Positions 50,941 to 61,699 of a DNA stretch of 64,000 nt are shown here, one piece after another. A program made the position numbers and the translations under genes. Positions within the stretch are counted from its first letter, which is position 1; every line of letters starts with the position of its first letter. Where the stretch lies: contig CAWAUM010000010.1 in NCBI GenBank assembly GCA_963785235.1, forward strand, positions 32,001 to 96,000, read 5' to 3'. Under the pieces are notes generated by a model. It did no database searches. It was not told the DNA's origin and was given only the letters and a program-made list of their open reading frames with translations. The stretch comes from an uncultured delta proteobacterium (GTDB lineage: Bacteria > Desulfobacterota > Desulfomonilia > UBA1062).

Positions 50941-50965
50941 TGACTTTCCTCCTGTTACCACACCA

Positions 50966-51601
50966 TCAGAATTCACCGGCCAAGAGCCGGGGCATATCAT
51001 AAATGTCCGGTATGCTCAAACATAACCCTTCAGGATCCGAGGCGCTGACAAGCACGGCCGCCATACCAACATTCAGGGCTGTGCGGACATTGGCAATGCT
51101 GTCATCCACCACGAGGTAATCCTGTGCCACCCCGCCATACTGCTGGATAACCTTGTAGTATGGCCAGGGCAATGGCTTGGGGACAAAGTCCATGTATTCG
51201 ATGGTAAACAGGTCAGACACCATGTCATCGATCCCCAGAACACGCAAGATGCGGCAGGCATACTCATATGAGCCGTTGGTGAAGACCACCAGTTTGCACT
51301 TGAGCGCGAAAAGGGCATCATGAAGTCTTATATCACGCTGAAGAATCTCTTCCACCGGCACATCATGGACATCCTTCAAATAGTGGCCGGGGTCGATGCC
51401 ATAATCACGCATGAGCCCCTGCAGCGTTGACCCAAATTCCTTGATATAGGTCTTCCTGAGGCTGCGGGCGTTGTCCTGGTCGATATTGCACAGCGTCATC
51501 ACATACCTGTCGATCCTGTGGTTGACATGGGCAAAGGGCCCTGTGCCCTTGGGGTAGAGCGTGTCATCCACATCGAGCAGGATTGTCTTCACCACTGACA
51601 C
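50966..51601 (-). CDS. HAD hydrolase, pyrimidine 5'-nucleotidase-like
   Basis: DVDDTLY, FTNG, PKP, VDDS. Confidence 0.88.
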   Translation of the reverse strand: MSVVKTILLDVDDTLYPKGTGPFAHVNHRIDRYVMTLCNIDQDNARSLRKTYIKEFGSTLQGLMRDYGIDPGHYLKDVHDVPVEEILQRDIRLHDALFALKCKLVVFTNGSYEYACRILRVLGIDDMVSDLFTIEYMDFVPKPLPWPYYKVIQQYGGVAQDYLVVDDSIANVRTALNVGMAAVLVSASDPEGLCLSIPDIYDMPRLLAGEF

Positions 51602-51650
51602 ACCTTAATAACCGCACTCCGAATATGCCTGACCAAGCAAGGGAATGCAG

Positions 51651-52676
51651 TTACTCCTCATCATATATATCCATCTGCTTGCCCTGGGGCTCCAGGTTGA
51701 CGGCTTTGTATCCCATGGTGCATACCTGACGCCCCCGTGGGGTGCGCCTGACATAACCCTTCTGGATGAGAAAGGGCTCATAGACATCCTCAATGGTGTC
51801 TTTGTCCTCGCCCAAGGATGCAGCCAGCGATTCAATACCCACAGGCCCTCCGGAAAAGGAGTTCACCATGATCTCGATGATCTTCCGATCCATCCGGTCA
51901 AGACCTGTCTTGTCGATGTCAAGCCGGGTAAGGGCCGAATCGGCAATACCATGTTTGATCGTGCCGTCACCCAGGACATCCGCAAAATCCCTCACCCGTC
52001 TCAGCAGCCTGTTTGCAATCCTGGGGGTGCCCCTGGACCTTCGTGCTATCTCGTAAAGGCCCTCTTCATCCGCGCCGATGCCCAGGATGCGTGCCGAGCG
52101 CCTGATTATCGTGGCAAGCTCGTCGGTGGAATAGAATTCGAGATGGCCGATAATGCCGAAACGGTCGCGCAGAGGCGAGGTGATCATCCCTGCCCGTGTG
52201 GTGGCGCCCACCAGGGTGAAGGGGTTAAGGTCAATACGGATGGAACGCGCAGACGGCCCCTGGCCGATAATGATGTCAAGCTTGAACTCCTCCATGGCAG
52301 GGTACAGGATCTCTTCAATGGCGCTGCCCAGCCTGTGGATCTCGTCGATGAAGAGCACATCCCGGGGCTCAAGGTTTGTCAGTATTGCAGCCAGGTCACC
52401 GGATTTCTCGATGGCCGGCCCGCTTGTTACCCGCAATCCCACCTGCAGTTCATGGGCGATGATGTGGGCCAGCGTGGTCTTGCCCAGGCCTGGAGGGCCG
52501 TAGAAAAGGCAGTGATCGAGCGCCTCCCCCCTCCCCTTTGCCGCCTTGATGAAGATCTCCAGGTTATCCTTGAGGGCATCCTGCCCAACATATTCCTTGA
52601 GGCTTTCGGGACGGATGCGGGCCTCAAGCTCACATTCCTGGCCGCCAAGCGCGGTGCCTGCAAGATCGTCTCTCAT
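51651..52676 (-). CDS. ruvB: Holliday junction helicase RuvB
   Basis: [32 protein letters not shown]. Confidence 0.98.
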   Translation of the reverse strand: MRDDLAGTALGGQECELEARIRPESLKEYVGQDALKDNLEIFIKAAKGRGEALDHCLFYGPPGLGKTTLAHIIAHELQVGLRVTSGPAIEKSGDLAAILTNLEPRDVLFIDEIHRLGSAIEEILYPAMEEFKLDIIIGQGPSARSIRIDLNPFTLVGATTRAGMITSPLRDRFGIIGHLEFYSTDELATIIRRSARILGIGADEEGLYEIARRSRGTPRIANRLLRRVRDFADVLGDGTIKHGIADSALTRLDIDKTGLDRMDRKIIEIMVNSFSGGPVGIESLAASLGEDKDTIEDVYEPFLIQKGYVRRTPRGRQVCTMGYKAVNLEPQGKQMDIYDEE

Positions 52677-53239
52677 AGCAGTTCCTTTAATGCCTTCCTC
52701 ACCAGATCCTCCACCGTATCTGCCTTGACCGAACCCACGGACTTCCGGGCCTGGTTCTCAGAATACCCCAGCGTGACAAGGGCGGAAACTGCATCCTCGC
52801 CCATGTCCCTTGAAGTTCCCCGGGCAATGGTCTTATAATTCCTGGCAATGCGCTCCTTGAGCTCGAGGACAATGCGCTGGGCGCCCTTGTTGCCGATGCC
52901 CGGCAGCCCCATGAGATAGGATATGTTCTCGCTCACAACCTCCTCGAGGAACCTGTTGGGATCCACAGACGAGACGATGTTCATGGCCGTCTTGGGGCCT
53001 ATCCCGGATACGCCGAGCAGGAGTGCGAAGATCTCGCGCTGTCGCTGGTCGAGGAAACCATACAGATCCATGGAGTCCTGGCGAACGATGAGCATGGTAA
53101 ACAGGGTCACATCGTGGTTGTCTCCATGTGATAACTGTGTCCCGGCAGGGACGTTTACCAGGTAACCCACACCTCCTACCATGAGGACCGCCTGGTTGCC
53201 CGAGAACTGGGCCACCTGCCCTTTCAGCATGCTGATCAT
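52673..53239 (-). CDS. ruvA: Holliday junction DNA-binding protein RuvA
   Basis: [30 protein letters not shown]; start overlaps ruvC stop. Confidence 0.96.
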   Translation of the reverse strand: MISMLKGQVAQFSGNQAVLMVGGVGYLVNVPAGTQLSHGDNHDVTLFTMLIVRQDSMDLYGFLDQRQREIFALLLGVSGIGPKTAMNIVSSVDPNRFLEEVVSENISYLMGLPGIGNKGAQRIVLELKERIARNYKTIARGTSRDMGEDAVSALVTLGYSENQARKSVGSVKADTVEDLVRKALKELL

Positions 53240-53730
53240 TGCATGAGCCTCCTCATACGCCGCGTGGAAGAATGACACACACCTATGGCCAGCGCATCCG
53301 AAGCATCCAGAGAGGTGACCGTTGTCTTTGGGAGGTGGAGAATAGTGCTCACCATGGCATGTATCTGGACCTTGCCGGCATGGCCGTAACCGCAGGTGGC
53401 CTTCTTGACCTCGGTGGGTGTATATTCAAACACCGGTATCTCGAGCATGGCGGCGGCGAGCAGGATGGCCCCCCTCGCCTGTCCGAGCTTGAGGGCTGTC
53501 TGGGAATTCAAGGCATGAAAGGAACTCTCCACCGCCACCTCTTCGGGGTTAAACTGGCGGAATATGTCCGTTAATCCGTCAAAGATCTCTTTGAGCCGTC
53601 CTGCCGTGTCATCGGAGATGGGTTTGATTGTCCCATGCGCCACATGGACCAGGCTCGAAGACGATGAATTCATGTCAAGGATGCCGTATCCCGTGGCCTT
53701 GTTTCCCGGATCTATTCCACAGATTATCAT
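53236..53730 (-). CDS. ruvC: Crossover junction endodeoxyribonuclease RuvC
   Basis: GIDPG, AVE, LGQARG, DASDALA. Confidence 0.96.
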   Translation of the reverse strand: MIICGIDPGNKATGYGILDMNSSSSSLVHVAHGTIKPISDDTAGRLKEIFDGLTDIFRQFNPEEVAVESSFHALNSQTALKLGQARGAILLAAAMLEIPVFEYTPTEVKKATCGYGHAGKVQIHAMVSTILHLPKTTVTSLDASDALAIGVCHSSTRRMRRLMQ

Positions 53731-54479
53731 TATCCCTGGAGCTGGGCCATCTCCTCATCGTCGATATCGAAGTTCGAGGATACCGCCTGGACGTCGTCAA
53801 GGTCTTCCAGGGCATCCAGCAGCTTCAAGGCCTGTTGGGCAGGCTTTCCGGTAAGCCTTACATTGGTCTGGGGGATCATCTGGACTTCCAGCGAGTTGTA
53901 CTTGATGCCCTTGGTTTCCAGGGCTGTACGTAATGCTTCAAGGTCTTCGGGGACCGTAAGGATCTCAAAGCTCTCCCCTGCATCCGTTACGTCATCCGCA
54001 CCTGCACTTAAGGCCACGTCGTAAAGGGTCTCCTCGTCAACGGTTTGCTTATCGATTGATGCATAGCCTTTCTTATCGAACATCCAGTTCACGCAGCCCG
54101 TCTCGCCGAGGTTGCCGTTATACTTTGAAAACAGGTGCCGGATATCAGCCACTGCACGGTTCTTATTGTCCGTAAGCACCTTGACGAGCACTGCCACACC
54201 GCCCGGACCATAGCCCTCATAGGTGATTTCCTCGAAGGAAACCCCGTCGAGCCCTCCTGATCCTTTCTTAATGGCACGATCGATATTGTCCTTGGGCATA
54301 TTGGAGGCCTTAGCCGAGCTTATCGCAGCCCTCAGCCTTGCATTGCCTTCGATATCACCGCCTCCCATGCGTGCTGCGACTGTGATCTCCTTGATGATCT
54401 TGGAGAAAACCTTTCCCCGCTTGGCGTCTGCAGCGCCCTTCTTATGCTTGATAGTAGACCATTTATTGTGACCGGACAT
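53730..54479 (-). CDS. yebC: YebC/PmpR-family protein
   Basis: [36 protein letters not shown]. Confidence 0.96.
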   Translation of the reverse strand: MSGHNKWSTIKHKKGAADAKRGKVFSKIIKEITVAARMGGGDIEGNARLRAAISSAKASNMPKDNIDRAIKKGSGGLDGVSFEEITYEGYGPGGVAVLVKVLTDNKNRAVADIRHLFSKYNGNLGETGCVNWMFDKKGYASIDKQTVDEETLYDVALSAGADDVTDAGESFEILTVPEDLEALRTALETKGIKYNSLEVQMIPQTNVRLTGKPAQQALKLLDALEDLDDVQAVSSNFDIDDEEMAQLQG

Positions 54480-54654
54480 ACACGATCCTCCCCTTTCTCG
54501 CTTGAAACCTTCTCGGTAACCAGTATTTATCACAGTGAATCCATAATGACAAGCAGGCCTTAAGCTCTGCTGCAAGCGCAGGAACAGCTTGCAGGGGAAT
54601 TAACCGGTTATTTGTGGCTGGTGATTGATACACCAAGCTTTGACTGTAGCGTTA

Positions 54655-55554
54655 TCAGCTGCTTTTTACCTCATTATTATTGATCTCCTGGCTCATAACC
54701 ACACCGACTATAACCACTGCTGACGCCACATACTGCATAGCCGTGAAGCGTTCACCCAGAATAATCCAGCTGAAAAGGACCGTGAGAACAGGGATGAGAT
54801 TTACAAATGCCGATGCCTTGCTTGCAGGCACCTTGCTTACCGCATAGTTATACAGACCATAGGCACCCATGGTGACAAAGATCCCGAGGTAGACAATACT
54901 GAATGCAGGGAGCGCCTCGAACCTGACCGGCAGGGTAGTCCTTTGCAGAAAGAGAAAGGGCAGGAAAAAGATGCTCCCGGCAAAGGCCTGAAGTGCAGTG
55001 AGAAACAACGGGGTGTACATTGCAGACAGACGTTTGAGAGAGATCGTGTAGCCCGTTGCGCACACCATTGCCAGGAATTCGTAGAAATTACCAAGTTCCG
55101 GGTTAGGGGCCGAATCATTGGACAGTGCAGCCAGACTCAACAGGCATACACCTAGAATAGCAAGGAGAAACCCAAGGACGGTTTTTATGCTTATTGATTC
55201 CTTGAGGTAAAAGCCTGCCGAGATGGCTACCATGAGAGGGAGTATGGCCGTGATCATGCCTGCCTGTGAGGCCGTGGTGTTCTTCAGTGCCGCCGCCTCG
55301 AACAGAAAGTAGAGGCACGGCTCGCAGGCGAGCATAAAGATAAGCGTTGGGATGTCTTTGCCCATGAGACGGTTCTTTTTCAGAACTCCTGAAAAAGGGA
55401 TGAAACAGATGCTCGCCGTGGCCATCCTGCCAAAGATGACAACCATGGGGTCATAGGCCATGAAGGCAAGTTTCAGGGCAATAAACGAGCTCGCCCAGAG
55501 CACCATGGCACCAAGCAGACACACTATGGGGACAATAAAGTCTCTTTGCAGCAT
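54655..55554 (-). CDS. DMT/EamA-family transporter
   Basis: About 10 TM segments in two EamA repeats, NLIPV..ILGE. Start uncertain. Confidence 0.9.
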   Translation of the reverse strand: MLQRDFIVPIVCLLGAMVLWASSFIALKLAFMAYDPMVVIFGRMATASICFIPFSGVLKKNRLMGKDIPTLIFMLACEPCLYFLFEAAALKNTTASQAGMITAILPLMVAISAGFYLKESISIKTVLGFLLAILGVCLLSLAALSNDSAPNPELGNFYEFLAMVCATGYTISLKRLSAMYTPLFLTALQAFAGSIFFLPFLFLQRTTLPVRFEALPAFSIVYLGIFVTMGAYGLYNYAVSKVPASKASAFVNLIPVLTVLFSWIILGERFTAMQYVASAVVIVGVVMSQEINNNEVKSS

Positions 55555-55733
55555 CCGTCTTTCCCGATCAGGCACGTGTCATCACACATGGCCGGTCTCA
55601 ACCCATAACACGAGCAGTGTTTTCATAGAATCGGAATCTGTATGAAATGATTTCATTGCAGCATGACAAAACCCATTGTATACAAAAATCGAACATTATA
55701 ATCCGCATTGTTCTTAGACAAGGAGAGCCGACC

Positions 55734-56213
55734 ATGAAGTTCTGCCCACATTGCGGACAGGGGCTTATGAAAAAACAGGTCGAGGGGAAAGACCGGCTTG
55801 CGTGCCCATCATCCTCATGCACCTACGTGTTCTGGGACAACCCCACACCTGTAGTGGCAGCCATTGTGGAACTGGATGGCAGTGTTATCCTGGCGCGGAA
55901 CAAGCTCTGGCCCGAAAAGATGTTCGGCCTGGTGACAGGGTTCCTTGAAAAGGGAGAGACACCGGCGTCGGCAGTACTGCGCGAGGTGAAGGAGGAACTC
56001 GGGCTCACAGGGACTGTTGCCGACTTCATTGGCATCTACAGCTTCTTGGAACAAAACCAGCTCATAATCGCCTATCATGTGGGCGCACACGGTACGGTGA
56101 CCCTGGGAGAAGAAATTGCAGAGGTCAGGTATGTGAGCCCGGAACGCCTCAAGCCATGGCCATTCGGCACCGGTTATGCGGTGAAAGACTGGCTTGAGGG
56201 GAGAAATACGTAA
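55734..56213 (+). CDS. NUDIX hydrolase with zinc ribbon
   Basis: [26 protein letters not shown] Nudix box. Confidence 0.92.
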   Translation: MKFCPHCGQGLMKKQVEGKDRLACPSSSCTYVFWDNPTPVVAAIVELDGSVILARNKLWPEKMFGLVTGFLEKGETPASAVLREVKEELGLTGTVADFIGIYSFLEQNQLIIAYHVGAHGTVTLGEEIAEVRYVSPERLKPWPFGTGYAVKDWLEGRNT

Positions 56214-56271
56214 ATCTAAAAATGCAGCTCATGCTGCACAAGATATTTTATCAATAACCAAGGAGTTAACT

Positions 56272-56865
56272 ATGGAAAGGAGAATGTTTATTATTATGAT
56301 GATCTTGTTCAGTTTGCTCAGTACAACAGTGGAAGCCGCCAAAAACCCGAAGGTAGTCCTTGAGACAAGCATGGGGGACATCACCCTTGAGCTTTACCCT
56401 GACAAAGCGCCTGCAACGGTCAAGAACTTCCTTACCTATGTGGATGAGAAATTCTATGATGGCACCATCTTCCACAGGGTCATCAGCGGCTTCATGATCC
56501 AGGGCGGAGGCATGACCGCTGACATGAATGAAAAATCCACCCACAGCCCGATTAAAAACGAGGCTGACAACGGCTTGAAGAATGACCGCGGCACCATCGC
56601 CATGGCCCGCACGAATGACCCGAATTCCGCCAGCTCCCAGTTCTTCATCAATGCAAAGGACAACACGTTCCTGAACTTCAAGAGCAAGTCCATTGAAGGA
56701 TACGGGTACTGTGTGTTTGGTAAGGTGACAAAAGGCCTGGATATTGTTGAAGCCATTGAAAAGACGCCCACGACATCCAAGGGCTTCTTTCAGGATGTGC
56801 CGGCCAAGCAGGTAGTAATTAAAAAGGCATACCGCTTCACAGAGAAGAAAGACGCTGCCCAATAA
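56272..56865 (+). CDS. ppiA: Periplasmic cyclophilin peptidyl-prolyl isomerase
   Basis: Signal peptide, [25 protein letters not shown]. Confidence 0.93.
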   Translation: MERRMFIIMMILFSLLSTTVEAAKNPKVVLETSMGDITLELYPDKAPATVKNFLTYVDEKFYDGTIFHRVISGFMIQGGGMTADMNEKSTHSPIKNEADNGLKNDRGTIAMARTNDPNSASSQFFINAKDNTFLNFKSKSIEGYGYCVFGKVTKGLDIVEAIEKTPTTSKGFFQDVPAKQVVIKKAYRFTEKKDAAQ

Positions 56866-56973
56866 CACCACGTTCTTTCTCTAGACGACCAAAGGCTCTG
56901 TCCCTACTTTGGCAAAAGGGGTCAGGGCCTCTTTCGTCTTAAGAACGAACATCAAGGATTGAGGAAAGAAACA

Positions 56974-58281
56974 ATGGGACAGGGTTCCAAAAAAGCGGTC
57001 CTTGCCTGGGCTATGTATGACTGGGCAAACTCGGCCTTTGCCACAACGGTAATGGCTGGTTTTTTCCCCATATTCTTCAAACAGTTCTGGAGTGCCGGGA
57101 CAGACACTGCCCTGAGCACGGCAAGGCTGGGCCTTGCCAACTCTGTGGCAGGGATTACCGTAGCCCTTGCCGCACCCTTCCTTGGTGCCATTGCAGACCA
57201 GAGCGCTGCCAAGAAAACCTTCCTTTTTACCTTTGCTGCAATGGGGATTACGGCAACGATGAGCCTCTTTTTTGTTGCCAAGGGGCAGTGGCTGGTGGCG
57301 ACAATGCTCTATGTCTTTGCCCTGATGGGCTTCTCATGCGGCAATGTCTTCTATGACTCCCTGATAAAGACCGTATCGGATGAACCGAGGATGGACAGCG
57401 TCTCAACCCTTGGCTATGCCTTGGGCTACCTGGGCGGTGGGCTGCTCTTTGCGCTCAATGTGTTCATGGTGCTCAGACCTTCTGTGTTCGGTATGGGGCA
57501 TGCATCCCAGGCAGTGAGGCTGTCGTTCATTACCGTGGGTATCTGGTGGGCCGTCTTTGCCATACCCCTTGCAATCTTTGTACATGAGGCACGAACCGGG
57601 GATAATGAACGATCCGCACAGTTGGTGAGCAAAGGATTTCATCAGCTTTGCCAGACATTTTCAGAGGTCCGGAAACTGAAGACCATCTCCTTGTTCCTCA
57701 TAGCCTACTGGCTTTATATCGATGGTGTGGATACCATTATCGTGATGGCAGTGGACTATGGACTCTCTTTAGGCTTTCGACAGGAGGATCTGATCCTGGC
57801 GCTGCTGCTGGTCCAGTTTGTAGGCTTCCCCTGTGCCATTGCCTTCGGCCGCATTGCAGACCGCATTGGCACAAAGCCATCAATCCTGCTTGGTATTTGC
57901 GTCTATCTGTTCGTGACCGTCTGGGGCGCCTTAATCCAGAACCGCACCGAATTCTATATCATGGCCGTGCTCATCGGTTTGGTCCAGGGCGGGGTCCAGG
58001 CCCTGTCACGCTCATTTTTCGCAAAGATAATCCCACAGGACAAGACTGCTCAATACTTCGGGTTCTACAACATGCTCGGCAAGTTCGCGGCCATAATCGG
58101 CCCCCTACTCGTAGGGACAACAGTCATGCTGGCCCGATCACTGGGTGCAAGCCCCGATCTCTCACCTCGTATCAGTATCTCATCCATTGCAATCCTCTTC
58201 ATTGCAGGTGGTATGGTGCTCCTGTTCGTTGATGAAGAGAAAGGAAAGCAGGAAGCAAAGGACGTATCACAATTATTCTAA
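56974..58281 (+). CDS. MFS transporter (UMF1/ATG22-like)
   Basis: WAMYDWANSAF, GYALGYLGG, QALSRS, GPLL. Confidence 0.92.
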   Translation: MGQGSKKAVLAWAMYDWANSAFATTVMAGFFPIFFKQFWSAGTDTALSTARLGLANSVAGITVALAAPFLGAIADQSAAKKTFLFTFAAMGITATMSLFFVAKGQWLVATMLYVFALMGFSCGNVFYDSLIKTVSDEPRMDSVSTLGYALGYLGGGLLFALNVFMVLRPSVFGMGHASQAVRLSFITVGIWWAVFAIPLAIFVHEARTGDNERSAQLVSKGFHQLCQTFSEVRKLKTISLFLIAYWLYIDGVDTIIVMAVDYGLSLGFRQEDLILALLLVQFVGFPCAIAFGRIADRIGTKPSILLGICVYLFVTVWGALIQNRTEFYIMAVLIGLVQGGVQALSRSFFAKIIPQDKTAQYFGFYNMLGKFAAIIGPLLVGTTVMLARSLGASPDLSPRISISSIAILFIAGGMVLLFVDEEKGKQEAKDVSQLF

Positions 58282-58473
58282 AACTTTTTTGTCGGCTGAT
58301 GGGTATTTTCCCCTAGTATGTGACATTTGAGGAAATTCATTTCCCACACCGTAAATATCTTCCATCAAACTGGGTTATAACTACCTGTTTTTCATCATTT
58401 ATTGTAATACTTGATTTTTGCATAATTTTTGCATATAGTTTTAGATTGCTCATGGGAAATTTATGGGGAAAGA

Positions 58474-59061
58474 ATGAAGAGGTTGTCAGCATTACTCATA
58501 ACAATACTATTATTGCCATTGGCTCTATTCGCCATGAGTACGCTCTCAGATTCTGATCTTTCAGATGTAAGCAACCCGCTGAGCCTGAGCATCAATCCTG
58601 ATCAGATAATGGAATCCGACACTACCTATCTTGAAGCTTTAGATTATAGCGGTATAAGCAAATTCTTGTTCAACACGATCAAACGTGGGATCGTTTTCAA
58701 TCCCGATACACATGAAGACAATAATAGAATTTGGGAAACACAAGAAATGGATACTCCGCTCTTCTTTGCACTATGGGATAACAATGATAGTCAGATCATC
58801 ATTAAAAACTTCCTAATTGATCCAATCACATTAAAAGATATCACTGCAACGGACTATGATGAAGTTATCTACATTAATGTGCGTTCACCTCAAGCCGGGA
58901 ACACGTACTCCATAGAATATCCCCATGGTGCCATAAATAACTCAAACACCTCTGGCACATACACGATAACATCCGGCAATATTGAAATGCGGGACACCTT
59001 TATCAACCAGACAAGGTCCACCATTCAACCGAACAGTTGGGTGGATATTAAAACACGCTGA
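58474..59061 (+). CDS. Secreted hypothetical protein with FilA/DUF6160-like N-terminal motif
   Basis: Signal peptide then MSTLSDSDLSDVS; rest unrecognised; AT-rich. Confidence 0.55.
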   Translation: MKRLSALLITILLLPLALFAMSTLSDSDLSDVSNPLSLSINPDQIMESDTTYLEALDYSGISKFLFNTIKRGIVFNPDTHEDNNRIWETQEMDTPLFFALWDNNDSQIIIKNFLIDPITLKDITATDYDEVIYINVRSPQAGNTYSIEYPHGAINNSNTSGTYTITSGNIEMRDTFINQTRSTIQPNSWVDIKTR

Positions 59062-59127
59062 TTCGTATGATATTACACGGATCGGGACTCAGAGCTGAAA
59101 ACATACTCAATGCACCGGAGGCGAACC

Positions 59128-59439
59128 ATGCGACATAAACCGTTTAACCTTTTTATTATACTTTTGGTTTCCTTGTTTTTTTCAGGATGTGCCGCCCTCT
59201 ATACCGACATCAAGACGCCAATGCCTTCGCTAGGCCTGAACACTGACGCCCAGGGAACCACCCATGTTGGAAAGGCCTCCTGTGCTTCCTATGTGTGGAT
59301 TGTAGCATTAGGAGACTGCAGTGTCCAAGCAGCCATGCAAAACGGCAGCATATCCAAGGTTCACCATATGGACACAGAAATAAACAGTTATTTCTTAGGG
59401 ATATATACCAAGTTCACTACCGTGGTGTACGGGGAATAG
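59128..59439 (+). CDS. TRL-like family lipoprotein
   Basis: Lipobox FSGC, GKASC..YVWIVALGDCSVQAA, GIY....TVVYGE. Confidence 0.8.
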   Translation: MRHKPFNLFIILLVSLFFSGCAALYTDIKTPMPSLGLNTDAQGTTHVGKASCASYVWIVALGDCSVQAAMQNGSISKVHHMDTEINSYFLGIYTKFTTVVYGE

Positions 59440-59551
59440 CGAACAATCTTTAAGTTTAAAACGTTACGTGCCAGGTGGATGTCTCAGGGAGAAGGAAATC
59501 CTGACCAATCTCTCCTCGTAAGATTAAAGCCTAGCATCTGAAACATTTGTA

Positions 59552-60649
59552 TTACAGTATCGTCCTCTTCCCGTTATAACGATCCGTATCGTAGTACTTG
59601 TCCACATCCACTATCCTGAGCCTGTCGATTACCTCTTTCATGGGCACCGAGGTGATCTCGCCGTGGAGGTAACTCACCATCCTCCCATAATCCTCGTTCA
59701 ATATCATGTCTATGGCCGCGATCCCGAACCATCTGGCCATGAGCCTGTCCCGGGCGGAAGGCGATCCACCCCTCTGGAGGTGGCTCAGCGTGACATAGCG
59801 GGCCTCAAAACCTGTTCTCTTCTGAATCTCCTCAGCAATATAAGCCGAAATTCCTCCCAGTGACCTGTGGCCGAACTCGTCAAGCTTGTCGTCCTTGTAG
59901 AACTCCTTGTCGCCGCCCAGCTTGGCGCCTTCAGACACGACAATGATGCTGTACTGTATTTCACGGCCCCTGCGTCCCTGGAGGAGCTCACAGATCCGTT
60001 CGATGCTGAAGGGGTACTCGGGGATCAGGATGATATAAGCCCCGCTGCATTCACCGCCGTGAAGCGCCAGCCATCCGGCATGCCTGCCCATGGTCTCCAC
60101 CACGAAGATCCTGTTGTGGGACCCGGCGGTGGTACGAAGGCGGTCAATCTCCTCCATGATGATGTTCACGGCTGAGTCGAAACCCAAAGAATACTCGGTC
60201 CCGATGAGGTCGCCATCGATGGTCTTGGGGATCCCGATGGTCTTGAGGCCTTGCTTGTAGAGCTTGTAGGCCACGCCTAGCGTGTCCTCGCCGCCTACGG
60301 CAACGATGACATCGATCCCGAGCTTATTGATATTTTCAATGACCTTCTCTGAGCGGTTCTTCTTCGGGTTGAATGGGTTGGTACGCGACGTGCCGAGGTT
60401 TGTCCCCCCATAGCGGTCCCAGGTCCTGACAACCTCCTCATCGAGGTTCATGATATGCTGGGCCATGCTTTCGGGATTATCCGGGTCCACCTCCACGAGG
60501 CCTTTCCACCCATCCCTGATGCCGAGCACATCAAACTTGATGGATCTCTTCTCTTCAAGAAGGGGGTCGAGCGCTGTCTTGGTTACCCATTTAACCGCAC
60601 CATTCAATCCGGGACAATCTCCTCCACCTGTCAGGACAGCTATTCTCAT
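59552..60649 (-). CDS. pfkA: 6-phosphofructokinase, PPi-type signature
   Basis: TGGGDCPGLN, LGTSR, GGEDT, PKTIDGD, MGRHAGW, HLQRGG. Confidence 0.93.
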   Translation of the reverse strand: MRIAVLTGGGDCPGLNGAVKWVTKTALDPLLEEKRSIKFDVLGIRDGWKGLVEVDPDNPESMAQHIMNLDEEVVRTWDRYGGTNLGTSRTNPFNPKKNRSEKVIENINKLGIDVIVAVGGEDTLGVAYKLYKQGLKTIGIPKTIDGDLIGTEYSLGFDSAVNIIMEEIDRLRTTAGSHNRIFVVETMGRHAGWLALHGGECSGAYIILIPEYPFSIERICELLQGRRGREIQYSIIVVSEGAKLGGDKEFYKDDKLDEFGHRSLGGISAYIAEEIQKRTGFEARYVTLSHLQRGGSPSARDRLMARWFGIAAIDMILNEDYGRMVSYLHGEITSVPMKEVIDRLRIVDVDKYYDTDRYNGKRTIL

Positions 60650-60821
60650 TTTACCCTTCCCTCCTGTTCTCAGTCCAAAACTGTTCTCTTCACGAACGGC
60701 CTTTTCACCATTATAATCCTCAAATACACCTCGGCAAGATACGTTTAAAAAATGAGTATCTTTGGTGTGTGTTTGCATGAAGGCACATACTTCGGATACA
60801 ATATGATAAAAGGAGGGACAT

Positions 60822-61568
60822 ATGAAAGTCATATTCCATGAGGACTTCTACAAGGAGTACACCTCCGACCCGGCAGCTGAGGAAGGAAGAATTGAGGCGG
60901 TCATGGAGGTGATCAGCGGCAAGATTGAGCTTATCACGGCCCAGAATGCCCTTCTTGAAGACATCGAAGCAGTGCACACACCGGCACATATGGAACGGGT
61001 GAAAAACATGGGCCTCCATGAGATAGCATCCCTGGCAGCAGGCGGTGCCATCCAGGCTGCAGAAATAGGCATGAAGGAGCCATGCTTCGCCCTCATCCGG
61101 CCGCCTGGACACCATGCCTCTTCAGACTCTGCCTGGGGTTTCTGCTTCTACAGCAACATGGCTATCGCCATTGAGCACATGAAGCGAACCGGGGCCATTG
61201 AGAACGCCTATGTGCTTGACTTCGATCTCCACTACGGTGACGGCACGGTAAACATCCTGGGCAAGAAGGGTTATGTGAAGATCCACAATCCCAACTCCGC
61301 CGAACGTGTCTCATACCTCAAAGAGGTTGCCGGTGAGCTTGAGCATGTCAAGGCCGATATCATAGGCATCTCGGCAGGATTCGACAACCATGAGGAGGAC
61401 TGGGGCGGGGTTTTGAGCACGGATGATTACCTGCAGATGGGCAGGCTTGTCAGGGAGACGGCCAGACGCATCGGTGCGGGATACTTCGCCATACTCGAAG
61501 GTGGTTATAATCACCGGGTCCTCGGACATAATGTCCTTGCCCTGATCCAGGGTATGGCAGGGGTATAA
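60822..61568 (+). CDS. Short histone deacetylase family protein
   Basis: RPPGHH, WGFC, DFDLHYGDGT, SAGFD, LEGGY. Confidence 0.9.
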   Translation: MKVIFHEDFYKEYTSDPAAEEGRIEAVMEVISGKIELITAQNALLEDIEAVHTPAHMERVKNMGLHEIASLAAGGAIQAAEIGMKEPCFALIRPPGHHASSDSAWGFCFYSNMAIAIEHMKRTGAIENAYVLDFDLHYGDGTVNILGKKGYVKIHNPNSAERVSYLKEVAGELEHVKADIIGISAGFDNHEEDWGGVLSTDDYLQMGRLVRETARRIGAGYFAILEGGYNHRVLGHNVLALIQGMAGV

Positions 61569-61699
61569 TGAGTGGTGAAAGGAAGATATGCAGGATATCA
61601 GGGTAAAATTATCGGATGTTCTTTAAACTCTGGGATGAATACCTACGATAAGGTTATGAAAGAATGTCTTGCAGAGATGGTTATACGAGGAGGCACTTG

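Noticed and set aside
51645-52838. 397-aa plus-strand ORF and many similar long overlapping ORFs (e.g. 14807-15892, 3592-4452)
   Set aside because: Antisense shadows of well-supported genes (ruvB, AsmA, cydA) with no recognisable motifs.
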